Assembly (NCBI GenBank): GCA_964016885.1
Contig: OZ024743.1
Location: forward strand, 325,748,001 to 325,812,000
Source of the DNA: Eledone cirrhosa
Lineage: Eukaryota
Direction: 5' to 3'
DNA length: 64,000 nucleotides
Below the pieces are notes generated by a model. The model did no database searches and was not told the origin of the DNA. It saw only the letters and a program-made list of their open reading frames with translations. The position numbers and the translations under genes were made by a program. Below are positions 1 through 13,810 of the stretch, in pieces; the first letter of the stretch is position 1, and each line of letters begins with the position of its first letter.

Positions 1-3000
1 CACTGGTAGTATTGGTGTCAGATAAAATACACTCAGTACACTGGTAGTGTTGGTGTCAGATAAAATACACTCAGTACACTGGTAGTATTGGTGTCAGATA
101 AAATACACTCAGTACACTGGTAGTATTGGTGTCAGATAAAATACACTCAGTACACTGGTAGTATTGGTGTCAGATAAAATACACTCAGTACACTGGTAGT
201 ATTGGTGTCAGATAAAATACACTCAGTACACTGGTAGTATTGGTGTCAGATAAAATACACTCAGTACACTGGTAGTGTTGGTGTCAGATAAAATACACTC
301 AGTACACTGGTAGTATTGGTGTCAGATAAAATACACTCAGTACACTGGTAGTGTTGGTGTCAGATAAAATACACTCAGTACACTGGTAGTATTGGTGTCA
401 GATAAAATACACTCAGTACACTGGTAGTATTGGTGTCAGATAAAATACACTCAGTACACTGGTAGTGTTGGTGTCAGATAAAATACACTCAGTACACTGG
501 TAGTATTGGTGTCAGATAAAATACACTCAGTACACTGGTAGTATTGGTGTCAGATAAAATACACTCAGTACACTGGTAGTATTGGTGTCAGATAAAATAC
601 ACTCAGTACACTGGTAGTATTGGTGTCAGATAAAATACACTCAGTACACTGGTAGTGTTGGTGTCAGATAAAATACACTCAGTATACTGGTAGTGTTGGT
701 GTCAGATAAAATACACTCAGTACACTGGTAGTGTTGGTGTCAGATAAAATACACTCAGTACACTGGTAGTATTGGTGTCAGATAAAATACACTCAGTACA
801 CTGGTAGTATTGGTGTCAGATAAAATACACTCAGTACACTGGTAGTGTTGGTGTCAGATAAAATACACTCAGTACACTGGTAGTGTTGGTGCCAGATAAA
901 ATACACTCAGTACACTGGTAGTATTGGTGTCAGATAAAATACACTCAGTACACTGGTAGTGTTGGTGTCAGATAAAATACACTCAGTACACTGGTAGTGT
1001 TGGTGTCAGATAAAATACACTCAGTACACTGGTGGTGTTGGTGTCAGATAAAATACACTCAGTACACTGGTAGTATTGGTATCAGATAAAATACACTCAG
1101 TACACTGGTAGTATTGGTGTCAGATAAAATACACTCAGTACACTGGTAGTGTTGGTGTCAGATAAAATACACTCAGTACACTGGTAGTATTGGTGTCAGA
1201 TAAAATACACTCAGTACACTGGTAGTATTGGTGTCAGATAAAATACACTCAGTACACTGGTAGTATTGGTGTCAGATAAAATACACTCAGTACACTGGTA
1301 GTGTTGGTGTCAGATAAAATACACTCAGTACACTGGTAGTATTGGTGTCAGATAAAATACACTCAGTACACTGGTAGTATTGGTGTCAGATAAAATACAC
1401 TCAGTACACTGGTAGTGTTGGTGTCAGATAAAATACACTCAGTACACTGGTAGTGTTGGTGCCAGATAAAATACACTCAGTACACTGGTAGTATTGGTGT
1501 CAGATAAAATACACTCAGTACACTGGTAGTGTTGGTGTCAGATAAAATACACTCAGTACACTGGTAGTGTTGGTGTCAGATAAAATACACTCAGTACACT
1601 GGTGGTGTTGGTGTCAGATAAAATACACTCAGTACACTGGTAGTATTGGTATCAGATAAAATACACTCAGTACACTGGTAGTGTTGGTGTCAGATAAAAT
1701 ACACTCAGTATACTGGTAGTGTTGGTGTCAGATAAAATACACTCAGTACACTGGTAGTATTGGTGTCAGATAAAATACACTCAGTACACTGGTAGTATTG
1801 GTGTCAGATAAAATACACTCAGTACACTGGTAGTGTTGGTGTCAGATAAAATACACCCAGTACACTGGTGGTGTTGGTGTCAGATAAAATACACTCAGTA
1901 CACTGGTAGTGTTGGTGTCAGATAAAATACACTCAGTACACTGGTAGTATTGGTGTCAGATAAAATACACTCAGTACACTGGTAGTGTTGGTGTCAGATA
2001 AAATACACTCAGTACACTGGTAGTATTGGTGTCAGATAAAATACACTCAGTACACTGGTAGTATTGGTGTCAGATAAAATACACTCAGTACACTGGTAGT
2101 ATTGGTATCAGATAAAATACACTCAGTACACTGGTAGTGTTGGTGTCAGATAAAATACACTCAGTACACTGGTAGTGTTGGTGTCAGATAAAATACACTC
2201 AGTACACTGGTAGTATTGGTGTCAGATAAAATACACTCAGTACACTGGTAGTATTGGTATCAGATAAAATACACTCAGTACACTGGTAGTGTTGGTGTCA
2301 GATAAAATACACCCAGTACACTGGTAGTGTTGGTGTCAGATAAAATACACCCAGTACACTGGTAGTGTTGGTGTCAGATAAAATACACTCAGTACACTGG
2401 TAGTATTGGTGTCAGATAAAATACACTCAGTACACTGGTAGTGTTGGTGCCATAATGAAATGTATTCAGTACACTGGTAGTGTTGGTGTCAGATAAAATA
2501 CACTCAGTACACTGGTAGTGTTGGTGTCAGATAAAATACACCCAGTACACTGGTAGTGTTGGTGTCAGATAAAATACACTCAGTACACTGGTAGTATTGG
2601 TGTCAGATAAAATACACTCAGTACACTGGTAGTGTTGGTGTCAGATAAAATACACTCAGTACACTGGTAGTGTTGGTGTCAGATAAAATACACCCAGTAC
2701 ACTGGTAGTGTTGGTGTCAGATAAAATACACCCAGTACACTGGTAGTGTTGGTGTCAGATAAAATACACCCAGTACACTGGTAGTGTTGGTGTCAGATAA
2801 AATACACTCAGTACACTGGTAGTATTGGTGTCAGATAAAATACACTCAGTACACTGGTAGTATTGGTATCAGATAAAATACACTCAGTACACTGGTAGTG
2901 TTGGTGTCAGATAAAATACACTCAGTACACTGGTAGTATTGGTGTCAGATAAAATACACTCAGTACACTGGTAGTGTTGGTGTCAGATAAAATACACCCA

Positions 3001-3312
3001 GTACACTGGTAGTGTTGGTGTCAGATAAAATACACCCAGTACACTGGTAGTGTTGGTGTCAGATAAAATACACTCAGTACACTGGTAGTGTTGGTGTCAG
3101 ATAAAATACACCCAGTACACTGGTAGTATTGGTGTCAGATAAAATACACTCAGTACACTGGTAGTGTTGGTGTCAGATAAAATACACCCAGTACACTGGT
3201 AGTGTTGGTGTCAGATAAAATACACTCAGTACACTGGTAGTATTGGTGTCAGATAAAATACACCCAGTACACTGGTAGTGTTGGTGCCATAATGAAATGT
3301 ATTCAGTACACA
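1..3312. repeat. 38-bp minisatellite (CACTGGTAGT[A/G]TTGGTGTCAGATAAAATACACTCAGTA)n, ~87 copies, probably within a GALK2 intron
   Basis: Direct 38-bp periodicity from position 1; the array runs off the window start and ends by running into SINE-like sequence (..CAGTATAAAGTTGTTGACTTTAGGAAGGGC..). Confidence 0.97.
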
Positions 3313-3499
3313 GTATAAAGTTGTTGACTTTAGGAAGGGCGACCAGATGTAGAAATCATGTCAAAAACATTCAAACAACACGACAGATTTCATACTCTTC
3401 ATAGGGTTCTTTTTAAAATAATGGTTTATGGCTGGATGCCCTTCAAATTAACCCTTTTTGTGACGTGAGGACATACTGTAATGTGGTGTAGCTCTTATA

Positions 3500-4495
3500 A
3501 TTCAGTAGCTATATTGATAGTGTAGCAATATTGATAGTGTAGCTATTGTAATAGTGTAACAATATTGATAGTGTAGCTATTGTAATACAGTTGCAATATT
3601 GATAGTGTAGCTATATTGATAGTGTAGCTATTGTAATAGTGTAACAATATTGATAGTGTAGCTATTATAATACAGTAGCAATATTGATAGTGTAGCTATG
3701 GTAATACAGTAGCTATATTCATAGTGTAGCTATTGTAATACAGTAGCAATATTGATAGTGTAGTTATTATAATACAGTAGCTATATTGATAGTGTAGTTA
3801 TTATAATACAGTAGCAATATTGATAGTGTAGCTATTGTAATACACTAGCTATAGTGATAGTGTCACTACTGTGGTACAGTAGCTATATTGATAGTGTAGT
3901 TATTGTAATACTGATAGTGTAGCTATTGTAATACAGTAGCAATATTGATAGTGTAGCTATTGTAATACAGTAGCAATATTGATAGTGTAGCTATTGTAAT
4001 ACAGAAGCTATATTGATAGTGTAGCTATTGTAATACAGTAGCTATATTGATAGTGTAGTTATTGTAATACAGTTGCTATATTGATAGTGTAGCTATTGTA
4101 ATACACTAGCTATATTGATAGTGTCACTACTGTGGTACAGTAGCTATATTGATAGTGTAGCTATTGTAATACAGTTGCTATATTGATAGTGTAGCTATTT
4201 TAATACAGTAGCTATATTGATAGTGTCACTACTGTGGTACAGTAGCAATATTGATAGTGTAGCTATGGTAATACAGTAGCTATATTGATAGTGTCACTAC
4301 TGTGGTACAGTAGCTATATTGATAATGTAGTTATTGTAATACAATAACAATATTGATAGTATCACTACTGTGGTACAGTAGCTATATTGATAGTGTAGCT
4401 ACTGTAATACAGTAACAATATTGATAGTGTCACTACTGTGATACAATAACAATATTGATAGTATCACTACTGTAATATAGTAGCAATATTGATAG
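3500..4495. repeat. ~34-bp degenerate minisatellite (TAGCAATATTGATAGTGTAGCTATTGTAATACAG)n
   Basis: Direct tandem periodicity with internal ~17-bp half-unit similarity; ends ~60 bp before the GALK2 acceptor. Confidence 0.93.
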
Positions 4496-4554
4496 TTAAA
4501 ACACAATATATGTTGAAAGTTCTTTATATTTATATGTTCCTTTTGTTGATTCAG

Positions 4555-4707
4555 GCCAAACTGATAACATTTAATCCACTGACTGCTACCAATGTCTATC
4601 TGCCATCTGGTATTGTGTTTGTTGTATCAAACAGCTGCGTTGAGATGCATAAAGCTGCAACAGCCAATTATAACATCAGAGTTGTTGAATGTCGACTTGC
4701 TGCACAG
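4555..4707 (+). CDS. GALK2: N-acetylgalactosamine kinase (GHMP kinase), internal exon
   Basis: ttcag|GCC...GCACAG|gtaggt; encodes [51 protein letters not shown], matching GALK2 AKLIEFSPLRATDVKLPSG..NIRVMECRLAAK. Upstream exons lie outside the window. Confidence 0.93.
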
Positions 4708-6519
4708 GTAGGTATAAAACAAATACTGCTCTATAGTATATTGCTGGTATATGATTAAATGATTGCAGTATCATACAGTTCATCATCACTGCTTAACGTC
4801 CATTTTCCATGCTAACATGGGTGAGACGAGTTGTCCTATTATAAGAAAAGTCAGATCGGGTGACTGTGTCTTATTCATACAGAACTGTATCTGGCTTGGT
4901 TTCTAAGGCTGGATGTCCTTCCTAATGCCAACCACATTTACAGTGTGAATTGTGTGCTTTTTATCATGACACAAAAAATGACCAGCTAACAAGTTGGATT
5001 GGATGCTTTTTCATTGTCACCAGCATAACCACCTTATAGGGTGGGCTGGCTGTTTTTTGTCATAACACCAACACAACCACCTTACAGTTGTATATTATAT
5101 TTATTTTGTGTATATTTTGTCACTGCTACATCTTCGACATGTCTGTTCCTGGTTATGTTTCTTTCATCTCATTTATATGTCCTTTGATACAACTCTTAGG
5201 CAGAAACAAGATTACACAGAACAGAACTGGCTGGCAATATGTCATATTACAAAGGCCTGACCATCAGTACAAGCACTGCATCTCCAAAAGTAAACATAGT
5301 AAGAGACTGGAGGCTACAGTGTTTGGCAATTGAAACCAAACAGAGTTAATATACAGTTTTAGGGGACTCTTTTGTCTGACCTAGCATGTGACAATCTCTC
5401 TAGTCCTGGTGCCATGATAAAATGGATGCAGTTCATTCTGTAAAGTGGTAGTGCTGGTGGCACAGAAAATGCATCTGTGCTGGTATCAGAGAGATCACAC
5501 TCAATACACTCTAAGATGGTTGGCATTAGGAAGGGCATCATACCATAGAAACCATACCAAATATGGAACATAATGAGCATGATTGGTTACTCCATCACAT
5601 CTGGTCTTAAAATATGACAACCCATCCAACCCATGCCAGTGGGAAAAACAGATCTAGCATGATCATCAAACTTGTTTGTTTCATGCTGCGATAGTGTTTT
5701 GGATATAGCAGGGTTGCCTTAGGCATCAAAACTGTAGAGATGTCTAAAATAGAAAACATTTTCATTGATGTCCTATGTTTTAACCATCATTCTCTCTGTT
5801 ATCCCTTGCAATGTATCAAACATTTGCACCTCTCTCTGTTATTCTCAGCAATATATTAACCATTCTCCTCCCTCTGTCTGTTACCCCCAGCAATGTAACA
5901 ATATATTTATTTCAACCATCTCTGTGTTTTTATATTTACTTATTCTCAATTTGTTGCTACCATCCCTGTATGCTTCTTTACTGACTATATCATATTTTTG
6001 AATATGATACATAGGCTTTTGTTTATACACACATTCTTCCTAGTATTGGTGATTTACGCAATAAATGAACCCACTAAACTCTCTAAAGTAGTTGGTGATA
6101 GGAAGGGCATCCAATCATAGAAAACTAGCCGGACAAAGAGTCAAGAGAACTCTTCAGCTGTGTCAAAAACATTGCAAACCTCCTTGCACTTGTAATACTA
6201 ATCTCCTAAACACTCATTAGAGAATTGGATTGAATGTATGTGATATGCAGGCCCCTGGTCCATCAGAGAAGACAGTAGACCTGCTTGACCCAGTCCCTGA
6301 AGACTCATACAACACATGCTATTAGGAGAAATATGTTAACTGATGATAAATCTGGTCTACTTTTACTATACCAAATGACAACTCACCTTGTGTGTTTTAT
6401 TATGGATGTTATATATGTACTGACATGGGGACTAAACAGCAACAACCACAGAAAAAATGCAACGTTCAAAAAAGGTAATGTTTTTGTTATTGTTTTCACA
6501 TTCGTTTTTCTGCACTTGC

Positions 6520-6895
6520 TTGGGTTAGATAAGTTCTGTCCAGTACAGCATCTCTTCACTTGTCTCTCTCTCCTTTGTGAGGGTAATGTTTTGAGATCAA
6601 CTCTCACCACTTAATTCTGCCCAGGTCTTTCTTGGTCTCCCTCTTCCATAGTTTCCTTCCTCTAAAAACTCTTCTCACTTTTTCACTCAACAATCATCAT
6701 CCATACACATCACGTATATGTACCAGCATAATCTTCTCTCCTGCACATATCTGATTCCTCTTATGCCCAGTTTTTCTCTCAGATCATCCATGCTTCATCG
6801 TTTGTGCACATTAACATTACACATCCAGTGGAGTATGCTTGTTTCATTTATCTTATGCATTCACCACCCATGTCTCACTGCCATGCAGCATTGTA
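6520..6895 (-). mobile_element. Degraded RTE-type LINE 3' fragment
   Basis: Resembles the 3' ends of the RTE copies at 13.3-13.8 kb and 61.9-62.2 kb (WMCNVN..LREKLGIR..GRPRKTW-like residues). Confidence 0.65.
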
Positions 6896-6935
6896 TTTGT
6901 CTTTATATTAAAATCTCTCCCTAATTCTCTTGTAG

Positions 6936-7146
6936 ATAATAGCAAAGATGAAAGGCCTTGACTGGCCTCAGCTTAAGAAGCTCAGAGATGTACAAAAAGC
7001 CTTAAAGTCTAGTTTGCCAGAGATGCTCTCAATTGTAAAGGAGTTGTTGCACTCAGAAGCCTACAGTAAGCAGGAAGTGTGTAAAATATTTGGAATAGAG
7101 GAAGCAGAACTGAACAAAACTAGTCTCTGTGGAAATACACACCATG
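6936..7146 (+). CDS. GALK2: GALK2 internal exon
   Basis: tgtag|ATAATAGCA...CACCATG|gtaagt; IIAKMKGLDWPQLKKLRDVQKALK..LHSEAYSKQEVC; phase 0 in, phase 1 out, consistent with neighbouring exons. Confidence 0.92.
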
Positions 7147-7374
7147 GTAAGTAATGTTCTTATATGAAGAGGGTTAGGATAGTGGTGGTGTTGATGGATC
7201 CTCAGTCAGTTGTGATGATGTGCATTTAGTTTTTCAATCAACTCAACATCCAACTATAGAAATTATGTCATAAAATGGAACATCTGAAATAGCAGTAACT
7301 CCAAATAAAAACTGACTTCAGCTGTGATGACCTATACTGTCATAGAAAGGTTGACATAAATATGATGACGATAT

Positions 7375-7650
7375 AGTGGCCTATGGTAAAGGTGTTGGAC
7401 TTATAATCATAATGATGTTGGTTTGATTCCTGGACTGGGTTGTGTGTTGTGTTCTTAAGCAAAACATTTCATTTCACGTTGCTCTAGTATACTCAGCTGA
7501 AGATAAATATCAGTAGTAGCTGGGGGTTTATCCCTGTGATGGACTGGTGTCCTGTCTAGGAGGGGAGTCTTGTACTCTCAGTCACTTCACGTCACAGAAG
7601 CTGAGGTAAGCACAGGCCAGATGAGTCTCTGGGCTTGAGACAGACTTTTA
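7375..7650 (+). mobile_element. tRNA-derived CORE-type SINE
   Basis: A-box (TAGTGGCCTATGG) and B-box-like (GGTTTGATTCC), followed by the CORE-like GTGTTCTTAAGCAAAACATTTCATTTCACGTTGCTC. Confidence 0.65.
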
Positions 7651-7946
7651 TGTAGTATATATAGGATTACCTTGACTTCTATATTCTTGTTTATTTTTTG
7701 TCTTTTATGATGGTCAGATGAAGATTTGGCTGCTATTTCTAGCAGGTCAAGAAATCAATTAGAGATTTCTCTATTTCTTGGTGGGGGTGGTGGTGAAGGC
7801 TGATACAGATACAACATACCTGGGGAAGTTGGTTTGGGCTTCAGTTTCAGCTATTAAAAGTGGGTAGTTGAGATATGTTGAGAGGTACAATACATCAGGG
7901 CAACCTATTACAGAATAAAAGGATTGTATATTTGAAATATTTACAG

Positions 7947-8148
7947 TGCAACAATTCGAGCTGTATAACCGTGCCATGCATGTGTTCAGTGAAGCTAACC
8001 GCGTCCTGCAGTTCAAATCTATCTGTGACAACCCTGAGGCTGATGCAATACAGAAGCTTGCTAAACTTATGAATGACAGTCATGCCAGTTGCCGAGACCT
8101 ATATGAGTGCAGCTGTCCCAAGCTGGACACATTAGTGAACATTTGTCT
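7947..8148 (+). CDS. GALK2: GALK2 internal exon
   Basis: ttacag|TGCAA...TGTCT|gtaagt; [42 protein letters not shown], typical GalK C-terminal domain; phases 1/2. Confidence 0.94.
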
Positions 8149-10424
8149 GTAAGTAGAGTTGGTAGCTCCTATTTTTTATTATTGTATTTATTATTAATTT
8201 CAATCCTTGGACTGTGACCATGCACTACATTCAAAGGTTTTAGTTGAATATATTAACCCTAGCTTTTATTATTTCTGTTTTGAGTTCAAATCCCACTGAA
8301 ATTTGATCAAATAATCTATATTCTGCTATAATGGTTGGTCATGTGTGAAATCAATAGCATATTCCAGGTAATATTTATTTTTGATATACAAAGCTACATA
8401 TTTGACCCTCATCTTATCAGATTTCTAATGAAAGACACTCCCTATGATTTTCAAATCATTTGGAAAATAAGAATTTGGAGGGATTTGGTAATATAGCTAA
8501 TTTTCTCACTAAGCTGGTGTTTGGAACGTAATTTAACAAAGGTGGTTTACATAAAATTATGATGGAAGGTTTCTATAAACACTTTCAACACTTTTTATAT
8601 CTTTGAACTACAGGTGGTTTGCTATTAAAAGGGTTAAAGGGTAATATGTGTATGACATTTATGAGCATTAATAGCTAATGTGAAGGCAGTGGGTTGGCAG
8701 AATCAGTAGAGTGTTGAACACCATGCTTTGATAGACAACCTATGTAGTGCTGGTGGCACAATAAAATGCACCCAGTTCATGCTGTAAAGTGATTGGTGAT
8801 AAGATCAGCATCCAGCCAGAAAACTTCTGTGAAAAAAAAAATGATTAGCACAACAGTTGAACCCTTGCTAGAAGGGAAAATAGATGTTAAACGATGATGA
8901 TGATACTCACAATCCTAAAATAGGATGCTTATGTCACCTGTGTTTCACAAGTAATCATCTATCTAAGTAAAAACTAATAAACGTGACAGATTTATGTGAA
9001 CCAGAGGTTTTGCGACATTTTTGCTTTTGTTGAAACCTCCATATTCACACATTAGATTTTGTGCCTAACTCTCAAATTCATTGTTACTGTTGGATTAATA
9101 CCCTCCAACAACTCCTACTCAAAAGGTGCTCTCTACTAGTCGGGTCACACATTTCACCCTCACCCTCATGAGGTGAATTCATCCATGAAGTCACACCAGA
9201 GTCTCTCTTGTGATGGTGTATATAGCAAGGTAGACTGTTTAAAATGTGGATTGTTATGACAAAAATAAAATCTTGAGCTAATATCTGATCCTTGTATATA
9301 TGGTGTCTGCCATTGGAATGATGAATGGCTGACAATATCTGCACTGGATGTCTCTGATCACTATAATTGGGTGGCCTTTGTTCACAATACTGTGGGTACG
9401 CTGACTGAAGATAGCTGAAGCCAACCTCAATAAATGGCAACACAAAGTACTAACTAGGCTTGCCATTACTGAACTTATTCTGGTCAGTAATAATCCTGCT
9501 AGATGACAAAGAACACAACTTTAGCACAGTAAATGAAATACCTTGAATAAGTTCATCTTGATCCATTATGTTCTGATTTCAAATTCTACTTTTTTTAATC
9601 CCTGCAGATTTATACTTTTACTGGTTTCAGTTATTAGACTCTAGTCATACTGAAGCACCACCTTAAAGAGATTTAATCGATCATCTAAACTCCAGTACTT
9701 ATTTTATTGATCTTTTTTTGTCAAACTGTTATGTTGTAGGACATGAACTCATATGATTGGACCAGCATTGTCGTAGCTAGGGGTCAAACCTGTGTACATC
9801 CATTTCAATTGTCAATGACCACAGAGATTTTTTTTATTTTTCGTTCTCTTAGTAACCCTTTCATGACCACATTTCTAATGTAACACGCTATTTTAATTAA
9901 TGAAGAATTTTGAAGGATTTGCTAAAATTATTATTTCATTACTAAGATAGTAACAATGTAATGCTCTTATATAAAATTATGTTGGAAGATTTTAATTTGA
10001 ATTAGTAACCTTTAAAATGGGTGATTTTATTTCATAGAACCAGAGTCGGTTTTGACTGTGTTGGTAACTAAAGGGCTAAGTTATATATATAAATATATTC
10101 ACCATCATTATAATCATCATTTAACATCCTTTAGGAAGGACATCCAGCCATAGAAACCATGCCAAATATGAAACATAATGAGTAGGATTAGTTGCTCTAA
10201 TCCATACCAGTATGAAAAGGTGACATAAAATGATGGCAATAATGATGTTGAATCTTTTGACATTTATAACAGCATATCCATTTGTTTTTGAATTATAATC
10301 AATTTCCTTTAATCAACTCTTTTGATACCAATCTGGTCAAAATCACCCCTGTTTCTATTAGACAAAACCATTCATTAAATGTTTTGCTATTTATATTAAA
10401 ACCTAACATTATTTTAAATTCAAC

Positions 10425-10590
10425 CGGTGGATTGGCAGTATCGGTAGAGGGTCGGACGCCATACTTTCTAGCATAGTTACGTCCCTTTACGATCTGAGTT
10501 CAAATCCCGCCGAGGTTGACTTTGTCTTTCATCCTTACGGGGTCGATTACTGGGTAATTGCTGGCCTTGTGCCTAAAGTAGAAACAATTA
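10425..10590 (+). mobile_element. tRNA-derived SINE with Meta-like central domain, young copy with target-site duplication
   Basis: GGTGGATTGGCAGTATCGG..GAGTTCAAATCCC..CTTTCATCCTTACGGGGTCGAT; ATTATTTTAAATTCAACC is repeated on both sides. Confidence 0.85.
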
Positions 10591-11057
10591 TTTTAAATTC
10601 AACCTTTATATTAAAACCTAACATTATTTTAAATTCAACCTTTTTGTTAAGCTGTGTTACAAATAGCATCTTTATAACAAAACAATAATTTTAGTAAATT
10701 CCTCCAAATTCTTAATTAATTCATTAACTCTCAATGTCCTGAACCACATGAAACCACATTAGCTAGACACTCATGAAAAATACAAAATAGCTCTGACTGC
10801 ATCACATCAAAAATTAGACTTCATTTTCATTTTTCATACTGCAAGTTAAAATGTGTATTTCATTAGAAATACAACCATAAAAGGTTTCAAAAGTTTGTGA
10901 TAATAGCTAGCTGGGGGGGGGGGTTTCTGTGTGTGTTAATACATTACAGTGTGGTGGGGGGATTTATGGTATATTGTCATAATAGACTATTTTTGTCTTT
11001 CATTCTACTGAAGTTTTGTTATATTCTTTTTTTTTTCTATTTTCCTTTTGTCCTCAG

Positions 11058-11271
11058 ACAATCTGGTGCTGTGGGAAGTCGTTTAACTGGTGCTGGATGG
11101 GGTGGCTGTGCTGTGTCTATGGTCCCCACTGAACAACTTGAAAGTTTTATGGAGAAAGTTAAGGACCAATATTATATGTCTGACTCAAAACGAGCTGGTA
11201 AATTGAAAGAATCACTTTTTGCCTCCAAGCCAGGTAATGGTGCTGCAGTGTATCTATTGGCACAGAAATAA
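11058..11271 (+). CDS. GALK2: GALK2 terminal coding exon
   Basis: cctcag|ACAA; GAVGSRLTGAGWGGC (GHMP motif 3)...LFASKPGNGAAVYLLAQK*; AATAAA at 11329-11334. Confidence 0.95.
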
Positions 11272-11919
11272 CCACCCATTATTCCATTGAGAAGATGATA
11301 TGGTTCTCTTGGTAAAAATGAAAAAAAAAATAAATACTTTGGGGGAAAATTTATATTTATATATATTGTTTTTTATATACATTTTTTTTTAATATGGAGG
11401 TTGAAATGGAAAATCCTGGAAAATAAAGGATCTAAACACCAAATGTAAAAAATATTTTTCTGTAAGAATTTATTTACATCAATAATTTTACAAAACTCTG
11501 TTCAAATAAGAATTATATATATATATTTTTTTTAATTATTTGGTAGATTTAGAGAAAGGTACAGTACCCATGGCCTTTAGTCCTTTCAAGACTAGTGAGG
11601 TTACTAGAGAAGGGGACAGTGCCCATGGCCTTCACATGCCTTCTGATACCAGTCAGGTTACTAGAAGAAAGGACAATACTCATGGTCTTCACAAGCCCCC
11701 TGATACCAGTCAGAAAGGGGTAGTACCCATAGCGTTCATAAAACTTCTGGGACCAGTGAAATTGATACCATTGATGTTCTGTTTAAATTGGTGCCAGTCC
11801 ACTCCTTTAATCTGACATGAATAGGGAGGAAGTTCTAGAGGGGTAACCTTCTGGACAGGAAGGAATGGGCATAGTGTTTAGTGTAGGGCCTGGATAGTTG
11901 GACACATGGATGATGAGGA

Positions 11920-12690
11920 AGAGACTCAGGTGAGTTGAGAGTACCTCACTCTACATCTATTTCCTCTTATACCAACAATTTCTAGGGAGTCACCCTGGAA
12001 ATTGAGGAAATCAATTTTACATGTGCTCTTAATGCTTTCTTCTGTACATCTACTGCATACAAAGTCTATCTTCTTCAACCTGCCTGTGATGCCACTACAT
12101 TTCTTGTGCATTTTTAGAATTACACTGTGTGCACCTTATGGAGTTTCTCCCCACCCCTTTGCAACATATCAATCAAGGCCAAGTTTACTTTTAATTTTTA
12201 AATTTTTCTTCCATGCTTGGTATTTTGTTGTAACTCTCCCATGGATTCAGCTATAAGGACTGAATCAGAATATAGGAGTTCCAGTCTTAAACTTTTTAGT
12301 AATGGCTTGAAGGACGATGATAAACAGAAGTGGACTGAAAACTGAGTCACTGGAGAGCTCCAGTTTCACATCAAATTCATCACAGTACGTGTTGCCAAAT
12401 CTCACCTTGCTGGTTGCACCTCCATACATGGTTAGCACAGCCCTCACAAGCCTCTCGTCTACACTTAGCTTCTTTAGTACCCACTAGATTACAGATTGAG
12501 AGACTTTGTCAAAGGCCTTCACCAGAACCACAAATGCTATGTACAGAGGCTTAATCTTAGTGAAGTACTTCTGCAGTTGTCTTACTTGGAAAAATTCATC
12601 GGTTGTGCCCCTACTTGGCATAAAACCAAACTGCATCTCATTTAACTTGATTCTGTCTTTAATTCATTGTTACTTTCATGACTTGATCCA
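11920..12690 (-). mobile_element. Degraded RTE-clade LINE, RT region
   Basis: Broken frames give MQFGFMP, SPLLFIIVLQAIT and HKKCSGITGRL..FVCSRC, the same family as the 61.9-64 kb copy. Confidence 0.8.
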
Positions 12691-12789
12691 TAAACTTGAT
12701 GTCTCAGTAGTTATCTCTCTCTCTTTAATGTGGCTCTTGTTGTTGACCCTCCTCCATCCTATTCAATGATGAGTGCTCCAGTTGACTCA

Positions 12790-13065
12790 ATCAACAGAAC
12801 TGGCTGCTTGGGAAATTAATGTATAATTGACATTTGACAGACACATTCATCCTTAATGTAGTTTTCAGGGAGATTCAGCATGATACAATGTGTGACAAGG
12901 CAGGCCTCTAGAATAACAGATACTACTCATTTTTGCCTGCTGAGTGGACTTAATGTAAAATAAAGTATCTTGCTCAAGGACACAACATACCTCTTAGTCC
13001 AGGAATCGAACTCATGAACATACGATTATCAGCCAAATGCCCTAACTACTAAGCCACACACTGCA
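12790..13065 (-). mobile_element. CORE-type SINE
   Basis: The reverse strand reads GTGTGTGGCTTAGTAGTTAGGG..GAGTTCGATTCCTGG..GTGTCCTTGAGCAAGATACTTTATTT. Confidence 0.75.
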
Positions 13066-13309
13066 ATGATACAGCTGCACCAATTGCTGTGTGACACCAT
13101 CTTGTGTTACTTAATTATGTCTCACTAGCTCATACCTTATCAGAATTTGTTATTGCAAAATAAAATTTTTTTCTTGTCTGATAAAAATATTCACATTATC
13201 TAAATTTCTCCAGCTGAATATGCCCTCTTAGAATCAAAGAAAGAATGGCATGTCACAGTTTTAGTGCAGCAATCACCCCCCCCCTCCTTCTTCGTCCACA
13301 CACACTTTC

Positions 13310-13810
13310 CTTGTAACTACTACCTCTGTTGACAACGAAAGCTTTCACCCTCTGAATGAAAGGCCGGCTGCATGTCACCTGTGTGTAAAGTGTTATGGTG
13401 TATGGCTCTGAAACAGTTGCCGCAGAGGATATGCAGAGGTTAGAGAGAAATGAAGTAGACATGATTCACTGGATGTGCAATGTTAATGTAAGAAAACAGA
13501 GCTTGGATGAACTGAGAGAAAAAACTGGGTATAAGAGAAATGAGAAGTAGTGTGTAAGAGAGAAGTTTGCGTTGGCATGTGATGTGCATGGATGGTGATC
13601 ACTGGATGAGGAAGTGTGAAGAAATCTCAGTGGAAAGAAGCTGCAGTAGAGAAGGCCAAGCAAGACCTAGGCAGAGTAGGTTAGAGCTGATCTCAAATCA
13701 TTGAAACTCACAGAGATGATGAAGGATAGTGACATGGAGAGATACTGTGTTGAAATAGACCCATCCAACCCATGCAAGTGTGGAAAAACATGTAAAAACG
13801 ATGATGATAA
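13310..13810 (+). mobile_element. RTE LINE 3' end fragment
   Basis: LPLLTTKAFTL..MVYGSET..RLERNE..WMCNV; ends in CCATCCAACCCATGC..(ATG)n tail. Confidence 0.75.

Noticed and set aside
1-3312. CRISPR-like appearance of the 38-bp and 37-bp arrays
   Set aside because: The units are contiguous with no unique spacers, there are no cas genes, and the context is eukaryotic.
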